Shown: positions 41,288 through 54,907 of the stretch, one piece after another
Layout of the letters: each line of letters opens with the position of its first letter
How positions within the stretch are numbered: the first letter of the stretch is position 1
Assembly: GCA_964016885.1 (NCBI GenBank)
Contig: OZ024750.1
Span: 26,970,001 to 27,034,000, forward strand
Reading direction: 5' to 3'
Origin: Eledone cirrhosa
Taxonomy: Eukaryota
DNA length: 64,000 nt
Translations under genes and position numbers: made by a program
Notes under the pieces: model-generated
Told to the model about the DNA's origin: nothing
Database searches by the model: none
What the model saw: only the letters and a program-made list of their open reading frames with translations

Positions 41288-43389
41288 CAGTTGTTCCCCG
41301 GTATCGCGAATATTGGACGTGGACCATAAAAAGGCCTATAAACGTCAAAACAACGTAAAATATCGGCCGGCAAATACGGTATGTTGTTATTAATAATTTA
41401 GTGTTAAAAAACGTGAACAAATATATTATTTTCTCCTTTTGGCACAAGGCCAGCAATTATCCCAATGTATTACTGGTGCTTTGTTTTATCGACCCGTAAG
41501 GATGAAAGGCAAGGTTAACCTCGACCGATTTTGAACTCAAGCCGTAAAGGGCCGTAACTCTATGCTGCAAAACATGGCACCCTACTCTCTACCGACACTG
41601 CCAATTCATCAATTTATATAGCCAGGAAAAAAGACATTGAAAAATCGCGGAAGATATTTACGATTCTGTGAATATGCGATGGTTTCTACGAACAATTGTA
41701 AGTTAGGTTCTAATGAAAATTCCGCGAATAACCGGGACCGTCAATGCCGTGGGTACACTGTATATATAAATATATATATATATACATTACGTGTGTCTGT
41801 GTGTGTGTTTGTTTACTGGTTGAGAGGAGTGTGTGTATGTGTCTGTGTGCGTGTGTGTGTGTGTGTAGGGACCCACCAGAATTTAAAACAGAACTAATCA
41901 AATAGTCTATATTCTCTCACGACGAAGACAACGGTAATTATAACTGAGGATGAAAAAGGTACCAGCAGGTTTTCTACCTATAGAAATATCTCTGTTTACT
42001 GTAATGTCATTGTGGTTGATTTCTAATGAGACACAGATATATATTCAACAGTTGACCTCTTCATTAGTGCTCCTCCTTTGTTAGAGAGTCCAGTGGACAA
42101 TATAGAAACTATGTTATACAATTATGAGAGGAGATATTATTTAACATTTGACTATTGACATATACAAATCTAACATGAATAAACATACTAGTGGGAATCA
42201 GGGACGGATTAAGATTGTATGGAGGCCCCTTTGGCTGAAAGTTTCATCAGGGCCGTTGCCTATTATTCATTTGACGATTTAAATATTTTGGGAGCCTTAA
42301 ATACGGGCATAGTCATACCCCACCCCTAATCCGAGGCTCCCTGGTCGTTGTGATAAAAGGTTAAATACGTTCTCAGCAGTTTATATCAATACTTATTGAC
42401 TTGTACGATGACTTCTGGGTTTAATGGAGAATATAACCGAGTTTTAATTCTTTAATGAGTGGATAAATATATAATATATAGCTACAACTTTTGGCTTATC
42501 TTTGCAGAAATATATCTTAAAGGAATACTTAGATCGATAAATAGATAATATATCATATATAAACAACAATTAGAGGTGCTATGTATTACGAATGTCATCA
42601 TCATCGTCGTCATAAATAACGTCGTTTTTATGTTCGGTTTTCCACGTTTTCATGGATTGGACGGGTACCTTTCATCACACCATCTCTCCACTCGTCGCGT
42701 TCCTTCATCATCTCCTTTGTGACGGTTGCTTCTGACAAGACCCACTGGAGGGGGTGTTTGTGGACTCGGGCCCCCACACGACCATCTCAGGAATAAGTTG
42801 GCGAAGGAATGTTTAAGAACTAATATAGAAACAGTAATTAGATGTGCTATTGTATTCCTAATATCATCATCATCATCATCGTCATCGTCGTTTTTACATT
42901 CGTGTTTCCATGCTTGCATGGGTTGGACGAGTGCGTTTAGCACACCATCTCTCCACTCGTCGCGTTCCTTCGTCACCTCCTCTGTGAGTCTCAGCGATCT
43001 GACATCAGCTCTCACCACATCTGCTCAGGTCCTCCATGGCCTAGCTCAATTGTACCTTTCTTCCACTTCTTCACTCAGCGACCATCATCGATACGCATCA
43101 CATATCCATACCAACTAATATAGAAACAGTAATTAGAAGTAGTATTGTATTCCTAATATAGAAATACTAATTAGAAGTATTATATATTTACTCCACACAA
43201 TGAAATATATTAACAATTTCATTGTATAAAATGATGTGTTGCTTAGTTTTCAAAGTTTATGTTGCGTTCCTGAACGAAGTTTTGTCGCTGTTGGGTAGTA
43301 GAGAGAGGGACTAAGCGTGTAAGAGAGAGGGTTACAGCATGTAATTATTTTTATCGATTTCTTTCATAGAAACAGGAAATTCTCAGCAA

Positions 43390-43530
43390 AGTTTATTACG
43401 CGTTGACCATCGTTGGTAAATTTGGAGCACATTGGGAAAAAAATCATCAAAATCGGAAGAGAAATGTGGAAATGCATAAAAATCATACACACACACAGAC
43501 AGACATCTTCCGTTTTATATATATAGAGAT
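43390..43530 (+). mobile_element. Helitron/Helentron-associated (DINE/Lep1-like) 3' end
   Basis: aaaatcgg..agaaatgtggaaatgcataa..(ca)n cagacagacat..tttatatatatagagat pattern. Confidence 0.35.
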
Positions 43531-43549
43531 ATCATTATTTCTCCCTATA

Positions 43550-43745
43550 TTGGCGGTGGATTGGCAATATTGGTAGAGGGTCGGACGCTATGCTTTGACA
43601 CATAGAGTTACGGCCCTTGCCATTCTGAGTTCGAATCTCGCCGAGGTTAACTTTGCCTTTCATCCTTACGGGGTCGATAAAATAAAGTACCAGTAATACA
43701 CTGGATAATTGCTGGCCTTGTGCCAAAAAGTAGAAACAATTATTT
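43550..43745 (+). mobile_element. near full-length tRNA-SINE
   Basis: ggcggtggattggca..gagttcgaatc..family core. Confidence 0.85.
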
Positions 43746-44441
43746 CTCCCTATATTTTTCTTTCTCTCCTACGTTATTTCTCATTAGGCTTTTCTATCTT
43801 CTTTCTACCATCATTTCTTCATATATTTTCTTCTCTCTATATTTTTCTCTGTATTCATTTCTTCTTTTTTTCTTCTTTTTCTTTTTCTTTTTCTTTTTAT
43901 TTCTCTTTTTCTTTTTTCTTTTTTCTTTTTTCTTTTTTCTTTTTTCTTTTTTCTTTTTTCTTTTTTCTTTTTTCTTTTTTCTTTTTCCTTTCCTCTCTTT
44001 CTTTCCTGTATCTATCTCCCTTTCTTTCTCTTTCTCTCTCTTTATCTTTATTATTAATATTATTATTGATAATGTAATCTGAATTTGTAAATTGCGGGTT
44101 ATATATATTTTTCATAACAGTTTCAGAGGATCTGATCGAGCTAGCATCGTATTTAAAATTGAGTGGCACTGCTTCTAGTGTTCAGCAATTTTGAGACAAC
44201 TTTATCAGAGAAACAATTGTTAGACTGTAAATAAATCCCATTTTTTGTACAGTTGACCATGTTATTCTCCACTTTTTCAATTATATATATATATATATAA
44301 AACAAAGAAGGGGTGGTAAGAAACCAGGTGGACCATAACGCACCAGCGTACTCGATACTTAGAGTAAAAGAGTGGGTAATAGGAAAAGTGTTAGGACGCC
44401 GACGGACGGAGCTCAGCCGTTTGGGTCCTGACTCTTTTCCG

Positions 44442-44497
<56 letters not shown>

Positions 44498-45050
44498 CCA
44501 CTAATACACATTCATCAATGATGGTATGTCTCTTCAATTTAGGCACCACCAGACCTGCATATTTAGGGAAGAAGAAAGTTAATGAAATAAACACCAGTTG
44601 TCGACCGAATCCGAATGAGGGAAAGAAAGGTAACGTTGATTAAATAAACCCAAAGCATAACTGGTACTTAATTTTCTAGACTCCAGCAGGAAGAAGGAAA
44701 GTTTACCTTAAGATCTGACTGTAAAGAGCCAGAATAATCCCGCAATGGCATCTTATACGGTGCTTTACTAATTCTACCAATCACTATCCCTCGATATCTC
44801 TCTAATATTGATATCTTTATTAGCCACAAGGGTGCAACAAGAAAGGGGACAATACAAAGACATGCCGGGGATTTTACATACAGTCGTGTAAAAATATATA
44901 AAAACAAACAAACAATTTCAACAATCGAAATCCCCAATAGGGGGGAGGCGCCACAAATGGGTTGTTTAATACCCCGTCGATAGAACAACCCTCAACTCGA
45001 GGAGCGTGTTGTGCAAGTGCTCCTTTCTTCCTTTTGCTCTCTTCCTCAAC

Positions 45051-48000
45051 CTACAGGCTTATAAACAGAGAAGGCCCAATCACTCGGGCCATTTTCGCTT
45101 CATTCACCCACCTTTCAGTAAATTTACTGGGGTGCAGTGCCGCTCTCTCCACCCTGATTCTCCTTCTAAAGTGATACTTAAAGAAGGGAATCAATTGTTG
45201 TCCGGAGAGAAAGGCATCTGTCCTCAGTCCTCTCAACCTCGTCCACCATATAACTTCTTTCACCATAGCCACCGTACAGAGGAAAACCGCCTCTCTTTCG
45301 TTTTTGAAAGAGTCTGGCGGTTTGATCCTTACTATGGACTCGGAAGTCAACTGTATTTGTCCCATACGCCACAGCAGTTGTTCTGCATAGTTCCACAGGT
45401 CGCTTACGCCCGGGCAGTGTACAATTGCGTGCAGAACTGTTTCAAAGTCCTGCGCACATCTTGGACACGTCCTCTTGGAAGGATCCCTGCCAGGGCGTCC
45501 GTGCCTGTAGATCTTATCACGAACCGGTAGAGCTCCTCGGTAGCACTGCCAGGCCAGGGACCTCTAGAAGTTGTCCATAGGTCCCGGGCGGAAAGTCCAA
45601 CCAAACATACTGGTGAGCTCATCGTCTTCGACGCCCAGAGTCTCTCCGAGCACGTCGTCGCCCTTGTAACGTGCAATCCCTCTATAGAATGTCGAAGTGG
45701 AGTCTCCACTGATTGCTGCGCCCGCTTGCCAGAGGACTGTGAGCGCCTGAGCGCATTCAATGTGCCAGGCGCCCATCGTTTTCGGTCTTTTCTTCACCCA
45801 GGACTGCAGCTCCGTTAGCGAGACGAGCTGTGGGAAAGCCTGTCTCACAAACGGTGCCCACACCGGTTGGGGGTCGGTGAGGAATACCTGGAGATGCCGC
45901 AGCCTTAGCGCATGTTTGCGCATAATCAGCCATGGCATTCCCAACCCTCCGTTGGAAGGGTGCTGACAGCAGACGGATCTCCTCACCAGCGGAGCCTGCT
46001 TCTTCCACAGAAACTGGAAGAGCATGCGTTCCATCTTGGCGAGGTGTTCACGGGGACAAGGCACGACAGTCAAGCGGTAGTAGATGACGGACGCTATGAA
46101 AGTGTTCGCCACCTCCGCTCGACCTTTCAAGGACAGTTTGCACTCTGCCTACTTCTGAGTGAGTGCAAACACCTTGGCCGTGACCTCGTTCCAGTTTTTC
46201 TCCACCTGGAGGTCTGGACCGAACCAGACCCCGAGCAATTTCACCGGTTCGTCCGTCCAGCGTCCAACGACGCTGTCGGATGTCATCGGTTTGCCTCTCC
46301 ACGTACCGAGTTGCAAACCGACAGACTTGTCTGGGTTTAGTTTTGCTCCCGACAGCGTTTCGTATTCTTTCAGTATGTTGCCAATCACCCCGATTTCCGA
46401 GGTGCTCGACACCATTACTGTCACGTCGTCGGCAAAAGCCGACGCCGCTTTGCACAGTCCCGGTTCTAGGGGGATGCCCTGCAACAGCTCCAATTTCCGC
46501 AGTAGTGGCTCTAGAGTCAATACATACAGAATGGAGGAGAGAGGGCATCCCTGTCGAATGGAACGCGTGATTGCGAACGGCTCCGATAGGTAGCCGTTCA
46601 CCTTGACCCTCGAGCAGATGCTGGTGTGCATCGCCTCGATCCATCCTCTGAACACGGGGCCGAAACCGGCCGCCTTGAGAACCGCTTCCAAGTATCGATG
46701 GTCGACCCTATCGAATGCCTTAGACTGATCCAAGTTGATCAGAGCCCCACCGAAGCCGGGTTTTCTATCCACCCTCTCTATAATGTATCGCATGAGGTGG
46801 AGGTTGTCGTGTATGGACCTGGTCGGGATTGCACACGTTTGCGCTTTCCCTACCAGGTTCTCGACGACAAGCGCCAACCTCGTCGCTAGCACCTTGGCCA
46901 AAATCTTTAACTCTGTGTTGAGCAGAGTTATGGGCCTGAAGTTGTTAATTTCGTCCCCCTTGTTCTCGTCTTTCCTGATCAGCGTTACTACGCCCTTGCC
47001 TGCAGAACTGGGAATTCTCCCGTTCTGCTGCCAATTGCAGTAGACGGCTTCGAGGACGCTAGAGAACAAGTCCGGCATGCCTATGTAAAATTCGTAGGGT
47101 AGACCATCTAGACCGGGTGACTTGCGTTTCCCGCAGCGGCCCAGAGCGTCCCGTATCTCAGTGTCCGTGATCGGTCTTTCGCAGAACTCGGCGTCCGTGT
47201 TCGAGAGACGCGGCAGGCCGTCGAGGTATGAACTAAAGTCCATTGCCCCGTTCGGTTCACCGTCGTTCTGCTCAAACAGTCGCGCAAAGTGCCGCTGAAA
47301 GGCCGCGCACATTTGCTTGGGGTCAAGTAGCACGCGTCCGTTTTGGTCTTTCAAAGACCGAATCGTGGACTTGTTGCCACTTTTTGCCTCCGCCACTCGG
47401 GCCCAGCTGACAGCTTTCGCTCCTTCGTTTCCTAGAGCACGTGTTTTGCTTCTGACCACGCAGCCTTCGTGTTTCGCATCGAAGAACTGGTCCAGTGCCG
47501 TTCTCGACGCTAACACTCTAGCCGCGTTGTCACTTCTAAGTGCCTCCTCTACCTTGGCTACTAGTTCTCTTTCTATTCTGTTTTTCTCTAAGGCTAACTC
47601 TCTGCTATACCCTATCGATTCTATTCTAAGTGCTTTCTTGAGAGAGTACCACCATCTATTGTTGACGATGGCTCCCGTTAACTGTTGCTTGACTAGTCTA
47701 CTTATGCGTTCACTGTAAGCTTTACGTGCCGGCAGCGACACGTTCAGCTTCCAGTATCCGGGACCCTGTCTATGTATTCTATCACGGTTGACTAAGCAGA
47801 CGACTAACTTGTGATCTGAATAGGCAACCATGTGCATTCGTGGACAGCTTAACATATCCTTGTCCCTTTCTCTAATGAAGAACCTATCTAAATACGATCT
47901 AGATGTCCCACTGCGGTTTACCCACGTCCACTGTGGTGCAGTCGGGAAATCCAGTCGATACCTATCGGCCAGTTGGAATTGGCCGATTAAAGTTTTGAGG

Positions 48001-48497
48001 CTGTTGCACCCCGCTCTACTGGGACATGCTCCCACATAGTCCCATCGTGCATCTAGGATACCATTCCAGTCCCCCACTAAAAGTAAGGAGCGAGACGTTC
48101 CCAGAAAAGACTCTCGACGCTTAAAGAAGTCTGGCCGTGATTGCGATTGCCCGGTCGAGGCATAAACGGCCACCAGTCTGAAGGCTCCACCTCCGATACT
48201 GTTCACGTCTAGGACTACCAGTCTACCCTCCGGGTCCAAGTGTACTTGCTGTACTCCGACGTCCAGGTTCTTCCGAAACATAACAGCCACTCCACCTCCA
48301 CCTCCTGGCTGACAGAGAGATGCGTAGATCTCAAAGTCGTCGAAGATGGGGGTTAGTTGCTGCCTGTTGTGGATTCTGGACTCGGTGATGGCTATCACAT
48401 CCATACTGTGTGACCTAAGGTCGTTTAAAAGTTGGCCCTGTTTCCAGGACATCCCTAGGCCACGCACAGTCACGGTTCCAACTCGTAAACCAGCCAT
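45051..48497 (-). pseudogene. LINE ORF2: APE endonuclease + reverse transcriptase + C-terminal zinc finger, two in-frame TAG stops
   Basis: GDWN, SYLDRF, SDH (APE); KSPGLDG, NFRPITLLN, KAFDRV, RQGCPLS, FADD (RT); CPRC..ETVLH...C. Stops at 46149 and 45564 fall in one continuous frame. Confidence 0.95.
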
Positions 48498-48499
48498 GT

Positions 48500-49503
48500 T
48501 GGTGAAGAAAAGTTGGAGAAAAAGGACGAAAGGTGCACTTACCTTTTCGTTTCCTGGAGATCGGGTTGTTCAATCTCCATGTGGGTGCTGGATGGGGTGT
48601 TGGGTGGGGTGGCGAAACCTTTCAACAGGACGCGGTTGATGGGTTTGTGGCAGGGGTTGCCCACGTCCTGTGAAAATTTAATTTTCAGGTCTTTATAGGT
48701 TTCCATAGAAACCCTTATAAGTTTAAGGTGTGGAGACGATTCTGCCTTGACGAAAGTGTTGCCCTCCGTCTCCACCTTGGGGTTTTGGGAGATGACCTCC
48801 ATCAAACTCTTGTTGTTTGTGTTGATGTATGCGTATTGTTGTTTGTGTTTTTGTTGTATTGTTTTAGTTTGTTGTTCATCCGGGAGTTTTCTTTTTATGG
48901 TGGGTGCTTGTGTTTGGGGTGGTGTTGGTGCTGGTTTTGCTGATAGGGGGATGTTTGGCTGTGGTGTTGTTTGTGTTGTTGTTTGTGTCTGTGGTTGTGT
49001 GTTGGTGTTGGTGATTGGAGTTTTGGGGGTTTTGTGGTGTCTCTTTTTTTTTGTTTTTTGGATTTCCGCGGTTCTCCCTCTTCTTCACTTAAAGAAGGAG
49101 AAGCAGCTTCCTCCGTCGATGAATAATCATCGTCAGGTGTGTGGGGTAAGGGTATGTTGTGTGGTGGTGGTGGTGTTTCGGTATGTGTGTTTGTGGTAGT
49201 GTTTGATGGAGTGGGATGGAGTGGGGATGTGTTCTTCAGGGGTGTTGTTTCTGTTTTTTCTGTTGTTGTTGGTTGAGTGTCTGTTTGTTTTGGTGTGGTT
49301 GCTCGTTTCGTCTGTCGTTGTACTTGTGGTGGTGGTGGTGGTTGTTTTGGTGTTGGTGTTGGTAATAGCGTTTTTTTTATGATGTTGCTGTTGTGTGTTT
49401 GTGGACAAGAGGCATTTAGGTGAGATGTGCTACCACAGCGAAAGCAGTGAAATTTTCTTCCTTCTATCGAAATGTTTATTTTGTTGTTATTATCAATAAC
49501 GAC
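48500..49503 (-). pseudogene. LINE ORF1 remnant with CCHC zinc knuckle and low-complexity tail
   Basis: CFRCGSTSHLNASC; frameshifted; the predicted start lies in flanking DNA. Confidence 0.75.
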
Positions 49504-49765
49504 TGATACCAATGTATTGTAGTTAAAAGGTGTACCGTATATGTTGGTATGTAAGGTGAATAGCTGTATAAATAACCGTAATTTTTATACTTAAAAGTTA
49601 GAATTTTGATTATACTCGCTACATAAATATATATATATATATATAGCGAAAGAGTAAAGAATTACATGGTTGGCTGTACAAAAAGGGTTTTATTTACAGT
49701 ATTAATAACCTCTAACTGGATTACCTTAAACGATAACTTATTATCATATATATATATATATATAT

Positions 49766-50560
49766 AAAGATGAGAAGAATGAATACTGCGTGGTTGCACA
49801 TGGGTTACATATGATAAAAATAGTCCTTCATCAGTGATTTTCCAACCTTCTTTGGTATTTCATTGCTTTAATAATCATATACCTCCAGTTGGTGCGAGCA
49901 ATAGCTAAATAAAGCTATTGGGACAAGTAAATCGCGTAAAGCCAGCGAGACGAGTAAACAAACATAGAAGGATAGCAACGCAAAGATAGGAAAAAACAAG
50001 CACATGGGAGTCCGATCAGTTTTAGCTGTGTGGATTTCATGGGCGTGAGACTACAGACCGTCCGACGCGAGTGAGGTGTGAGCAGGAAAAGACCCCACTA
50101 CAGGCCAAACGGGAGGAAGTGAGAAGGGGAGAAGCAGAGAGTGAGTGAGTGGAAGTGCGAGGAAGAGGCCAGTCGAGAGAAAATGTAACTGACAGAGGGG
50201 GCGAAAGAAGGTGAGAGAAACAGAGAGAGCGGGGAAGCAGTAAGAGAGAAACAGACAAACGCAGCTGGGGAAAATATATATAAAAAACATGAGAAGAAAG
50301 AATACTGCGTGGTTGCACGTGGGTTACATATGATAAAAATAGTCCTTCATCAGTGATTTTCCAACATTCATTGGTATTTCATCGCTTTAATAATCATATA
50401 CCTCCAGTTGGTGCGGCAATAGCTAAATAATGTATTGACGTACATGTACGTCAATACTCATCTTTTTCCATTTCTCCGAGGGTTCTTAACCCCACTATCA
50501 GGGTAAATAATTTCTTTAATTTCTTTAGTCAAAATACGGCGATAGCTTACATTTCTAATA
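49766..50560 (-). mobile_element. arm-specific insertion into (TA)n with ~140-bp direct repeats (49770-49912, 50289-50430)
   Basis: The left arm has only (TA)n at 14629-14646; each repeat carries CUGAUGAagg on the minus strand. Confidence 0.65.
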
Positions 50561-51323
50561 ATATATATATATATAGCAGAGAAAATATTTCACAACAGTA
50601 TGGTATATTTTAAGGGCTTGAATTACCGTATTTCCCGGCGCCGGAGACGCTTCGTCCTCGAGGATGCACCCTAATTTTGACAACCAAAAATTTAAAAAGA
50701 AATAATTAGCAACCTTTGGCCTACAGGACGCATGGTAGATTTCTGAGACTTATTTTAGGAGAAAAAGTAGCGTCTTCGACGCCGAGATATATGGTATATA
50801 CTTCTTGTTCAAAATTAAGACTAAAACAAAATAATGTCTACACTTTTGCCATATATTTAATATTTCGGAGTAATGACCAATTTTTCAAACAAAAAGGAAA
50901 TTTGTTAGTTCACCACCAACAACACACCATTTGCTAAGACCACGATCAACATCACATCTCATTTTCTTTGGAAATATAAGGTCAATGCTTAAACTCTTGT
51001 TTTGTTTTGTCAAATTTTTATTCCTATTTTCACTTTCATATTTATAAATTTCAGTGTACTGGGTTTCTTAAAACAATTCTAGCTGTGTGTGTGTGTGTGT
51101 GTGTGCGTGTGTGTGCGTGTGTGTGCGTGTGTGTCCTGGGTTCAATCGGGGAAGCCACAATAAGGTACTCAATACATAATAGAGTATCATTCGAAGGAAA
51201 TCATCAGGAGAGCCCTGAGGATCTCTCCCGAATAAACAGTTCTAGCCCTATAGAAGCCATTTCTGTATTATATATTATATGTATGTGTTTTAGTGTGGGT
51301 CTATATATACATATATATATATG

Positions 51324-51424
<101 letters not shown>

Positions 51425-51535
51425 GTGTGTGGGTGTAGTGTAGGAACCTGTTACATGACTCATGCCAAAGAGTAAACAACCACAAAATCAAGAATTATAA
51501 AAGCCATAAAAATAATCTGCTTTGATCGTATAAGA

Positions 51536-52149
51536 CAGTGGTTCCCAAAGTGTGTTCCGTGAAGAAGGCCAGGGGTTCCGTAAGGCGCAAGTTGAAGTTT
51601 ACTATAAAAATAAAGACTAACAAGTTGTAACGTGTATGATCGGTATATACTCCCCATATAAACATGCAAAGAGTGTTACACTGCGGAGCTCTCAGCCAAA
51701 ACGTTCAGTTGGGTTGTAGTATTCCATTATTAAGGGTGTACTGTGAGCACCGTGTAATACTCAGAATTATAATCAGATTTATAACTTTTTACAATAAACT
51801 TACGTATTTGAATCTCTCATTTGAATATTTAAGTTCTCTCTTAAATGTAACATAGGTACCACGTCTCACACGGTGAGTACGTGCTGTATCCTGTATCAAT
51901 AAACGTTTGCTCCTTGTCAACGAGTTTATTTTTGAGTTTTATTAAAAATTTTATTTTCAAAGCCCTTCAATGGATCGATGGTTAAAAAAACAAGAAATTC
52001 GTAAAGGAACTGAAATTACGAGAAATACAGAAACAAAATCTTCTATAGAAGATACAGAAATTGCTGAACATGCAGCACAACCTTCCGCAACTACTAGTTT
52101 AATTCATGTGCAGGAGGTTTCCGCGATAAAAAAAAGTTTGCGAACCACT
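51536..52149 (+). mobile_element. non-autonomous hAT (Buster/Charlie-like) element
   Basis: TIRs cagtggttcccaaa / tttgcgaaccactg; MDRWLKK N-terminus; degenerate 8-bp TSD. Confidence 0.8.
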
Positions 52150-53576
52150 GATCTAGGAAGTAGAAAATCAGTTAAGTTAATAGACAAAGCTTGTTTAACG
52201 TTTACTTGTGGGACTTTCGAAATAGAGACAACAATTGTTTGCTGATATGATAAAAATGGATTTTCTTTAAGGTGTTTACTTGCTGATATTTGTAATTTTC
52301 CCAAGGGAATAGCATCGCTTATTTTCTATTAAAATATCGACATTAAGTAATAGTTGTAACGCGTAGAAAGGTTTACACTTAATTTTCATTGTTAAACAAG
52401 TTTTCCTTCTAAAACTACATTCGTTGCCCCTTCACCCTTCTCTTCCATTTTTATCTTTCTTTTTTTCTTTCTTTCTCGTTTCTTCCTACTTCTTTTCCCT
52501 CTTCTCTCCTTCCTCTGATTTTACTCTCACCCACTCTCTTTGGCTCACACTTTCTTCCTCACCACTAAGGTTGAAGTAAGAGGACATTCAAGTATATTTA
52601 TTGACCTCATTGTTTCATTTGTACTTTATTTATCAACCTTATTGTTTGTATTTTATCCACCCTGGGAGAATAAAAAGGCAAAGTTAACTTCAGCTGGATT
52701 TGAACTCATAACAATAACATAAACAGCTGAAATAAATACTGCAAATCATGTTGCTCCACATTCTAACCATTCCATGAGTATACCCCACTTCGTTTGATTA
52801 ATATTTGTTCCTTATTTGGGCACAAAGCTAGCACTTTGAAGGGAAGAGGTCAGTCGATTAAATGAACCCTAGTGCATTACTGGTACTTTATTTTATCGAC
52901 CTTCGGAGAGATTTGAGCTCAGGACGTAAAGGACCGTAACTTCATGCCACAAAGCATGTTGTACGATTCTTTACCGATACTGGCAATCAACCTCCCCCGT
53001 TTTCGTTTGATTAATAACAGAATCATGGCAGTATCGGTAGAGCGTCTGGCAACATGCTTTGTGGTATAGAGTTACATACCTTTACGTTCTAAGTTCAAAT
53101 CCAGCCAAGGTTAGCTTTGCCTTTCATCCCTACGAGATCGATAAAATTAAATACCAGTAACGCACTAGGGTCGATGTAATCGACTTCCTCTCCACTAAAA
53201 TTGCTGGTATTATGCCTAAATCAGAAATTATTATTGTTATTGAGGGCGATGGATTGGCAGTATCGGTAGAGTTGGCCACCCTGCTTTGTAGCATAGAGTT
53301 ACGGCCCTTTACGGTTTGAGTTCAAATCCCGTCAATGTTAGCTTTACCTTTCATCCTTACGGGGTCGATAAAACAAAGTACCAGTAACGTACTGGGATCG
53401 ATTTAATCGACCTCGCCTCCACCAGAATTGTTGGTATTGTACCTAAATAAGAAACTATTTAGGGACATTTATTCTATTTCCGAATGCCTGCTGTCTAAAC
53501 TAAAAAAAAAACGGGGTTGGGGTTAATATATCCCAGATTACTATCCCATGTATAACATATATTGAAACAGGATACA

Positions 53577-53651
53577 TTAGAATATCTGGTTTTCTCTCTC
53601 AGTGGGTTGAAATATCGTTGGTGTCAACTTTGGTTGGCACTTAGTCAATGT
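53577..53651 (-). CDS. duplicate of candidate terminal exon 11977-12051
   Basis: Exon and acceptor identical by eye. Confidence 0.35.
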   Translation of the reverse strand, partial: TLTKCQPKLTPTIFQPTERENQIF

Positions 53652-54907
53652 CTGTGGAAAGAGAATGAGGAAGTTGTGTAAATGTCCATAGAATATTTAA
53701 CCTTGGAATTGTTTAACATCATCGGCATCATTTGTTATACTCATCATCAACGTTATCATCGTCATTATCGTCATCATCATCAACGACGTCGTCATCATCA
53801 TTATCATCATCATCTTAATCGTCATCGTCATCACTGTCATCGTCATCAAGATCATCATCAGTACTGTAATATGTTCGATGACACGTGTTCTTAGTTAAGA
53901 CTAACCTAAACAACAGAAAAGGGACAAAATTAGTAAACCCCAACTCCAGTAAATTATACAGTTATTAAACAGGAAATTATCTCCAGAGGGGTTTGAGATG
54001 GACTAATGTAGTAGTGAAAAGCTATAATAGAATATTACATTTGGTTTCTTCATAATTAGGATATTATGTAATTTCCGAAAGGTTTTGGTTAGCAGAGGCG
54101 GTAGAGCGCTTTTCTTAATGACATGTTGTAATGACATATATCCTTTCACATACACAGTTTATACCTCATTCAGTAGAAACTTGACTTCCATTCTTTCGTC
54201 CCTGACAAACTTTCTATGAGTAGAGAGCTTGATATATTTAACTCTAGCTCGCCCTAAAATATGTGTCCTTGAATTGTGCTCAAATTATCTGTTTATCCTG
54301 CGTTAGATTTAAACAATTACATCCCCAGTGGAATTGTTTGGTCTTCAGCCAAATCGATGATTTTTATTATACAATCTAATATGCTATCTGTCTAAACCAA
54401 AAGGTTCTCAACGGCGGGCATATCAACTCCCGGGGGCGTTTCGGAGCTCCAGGAGGGGCGTTTTGGAGCAAGGGATCGTTAGGGAGCAAGGGTCGTTAGG
54501 GGGCATTTGAAGCTTTCGGCGCGGGGGGGGGGGGGGGGGGCTGTAAGGATCTTTACTTTGGTAAATTTATAAGCCAGATTTGTACGTCTCTGAGACAGCC
54601 AGTGTGGATGCATTTGAATGAAGAAAACGAAGAATCTAAATAAAAGAAGCTTGTCAACGAATTCCTTAGAGAGATAAAAGAAAAAAATGAAAGAAATCAA
54701 AGAAAATGAACATAAGGGCTACACAACTATGACAACAGTTACAAGAACAACACCAACAGAAATGGCAAGAAAAGTAGCAATGGTGATGAAAGGTTTGGGT
54801 AAATACTTATACATACATACGAACATACACACGCATGCATACATACATACATACATACATACATACATACATACATACATACATACATACATACATACAT
54901 ACATACA

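Larger units (their letters stand above)
36737..43225 (-). repeat. inverted duplication right arm, inner blocks F', E', D' with arm-specific intervals
   Basis: Order is the mirror image of D, E, F on the left. Confidence 0.9.
44814..49503 (-). mobile_element. 5'-truncated L1/Tx1-clade LINE with 5-bp TSD (tgata at 44809-44813 and 49504-49508)
   Basis: ORF1 remnant, ORF2, and a 3' UTR ending AATAAAGA; boundaries defined by the empty site at 15053. Confidence 0.92.

Noticed and set aside
43550-43650. tRNA genes at SINE heads
   Set aside because: A/B boxes are present but there is no cloverleaf, and each continues into the SINE core.
45006-48039. Plus-strand ORFs over the LINE
   Set aside because: Antisense shadows of the GC-rich ORF2.
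54687-54907. N-terminus of the 383-aa ORF
   Set aside because: Read-through from flanking DNA and (CATA)n; RT homology starts only at about 54908.
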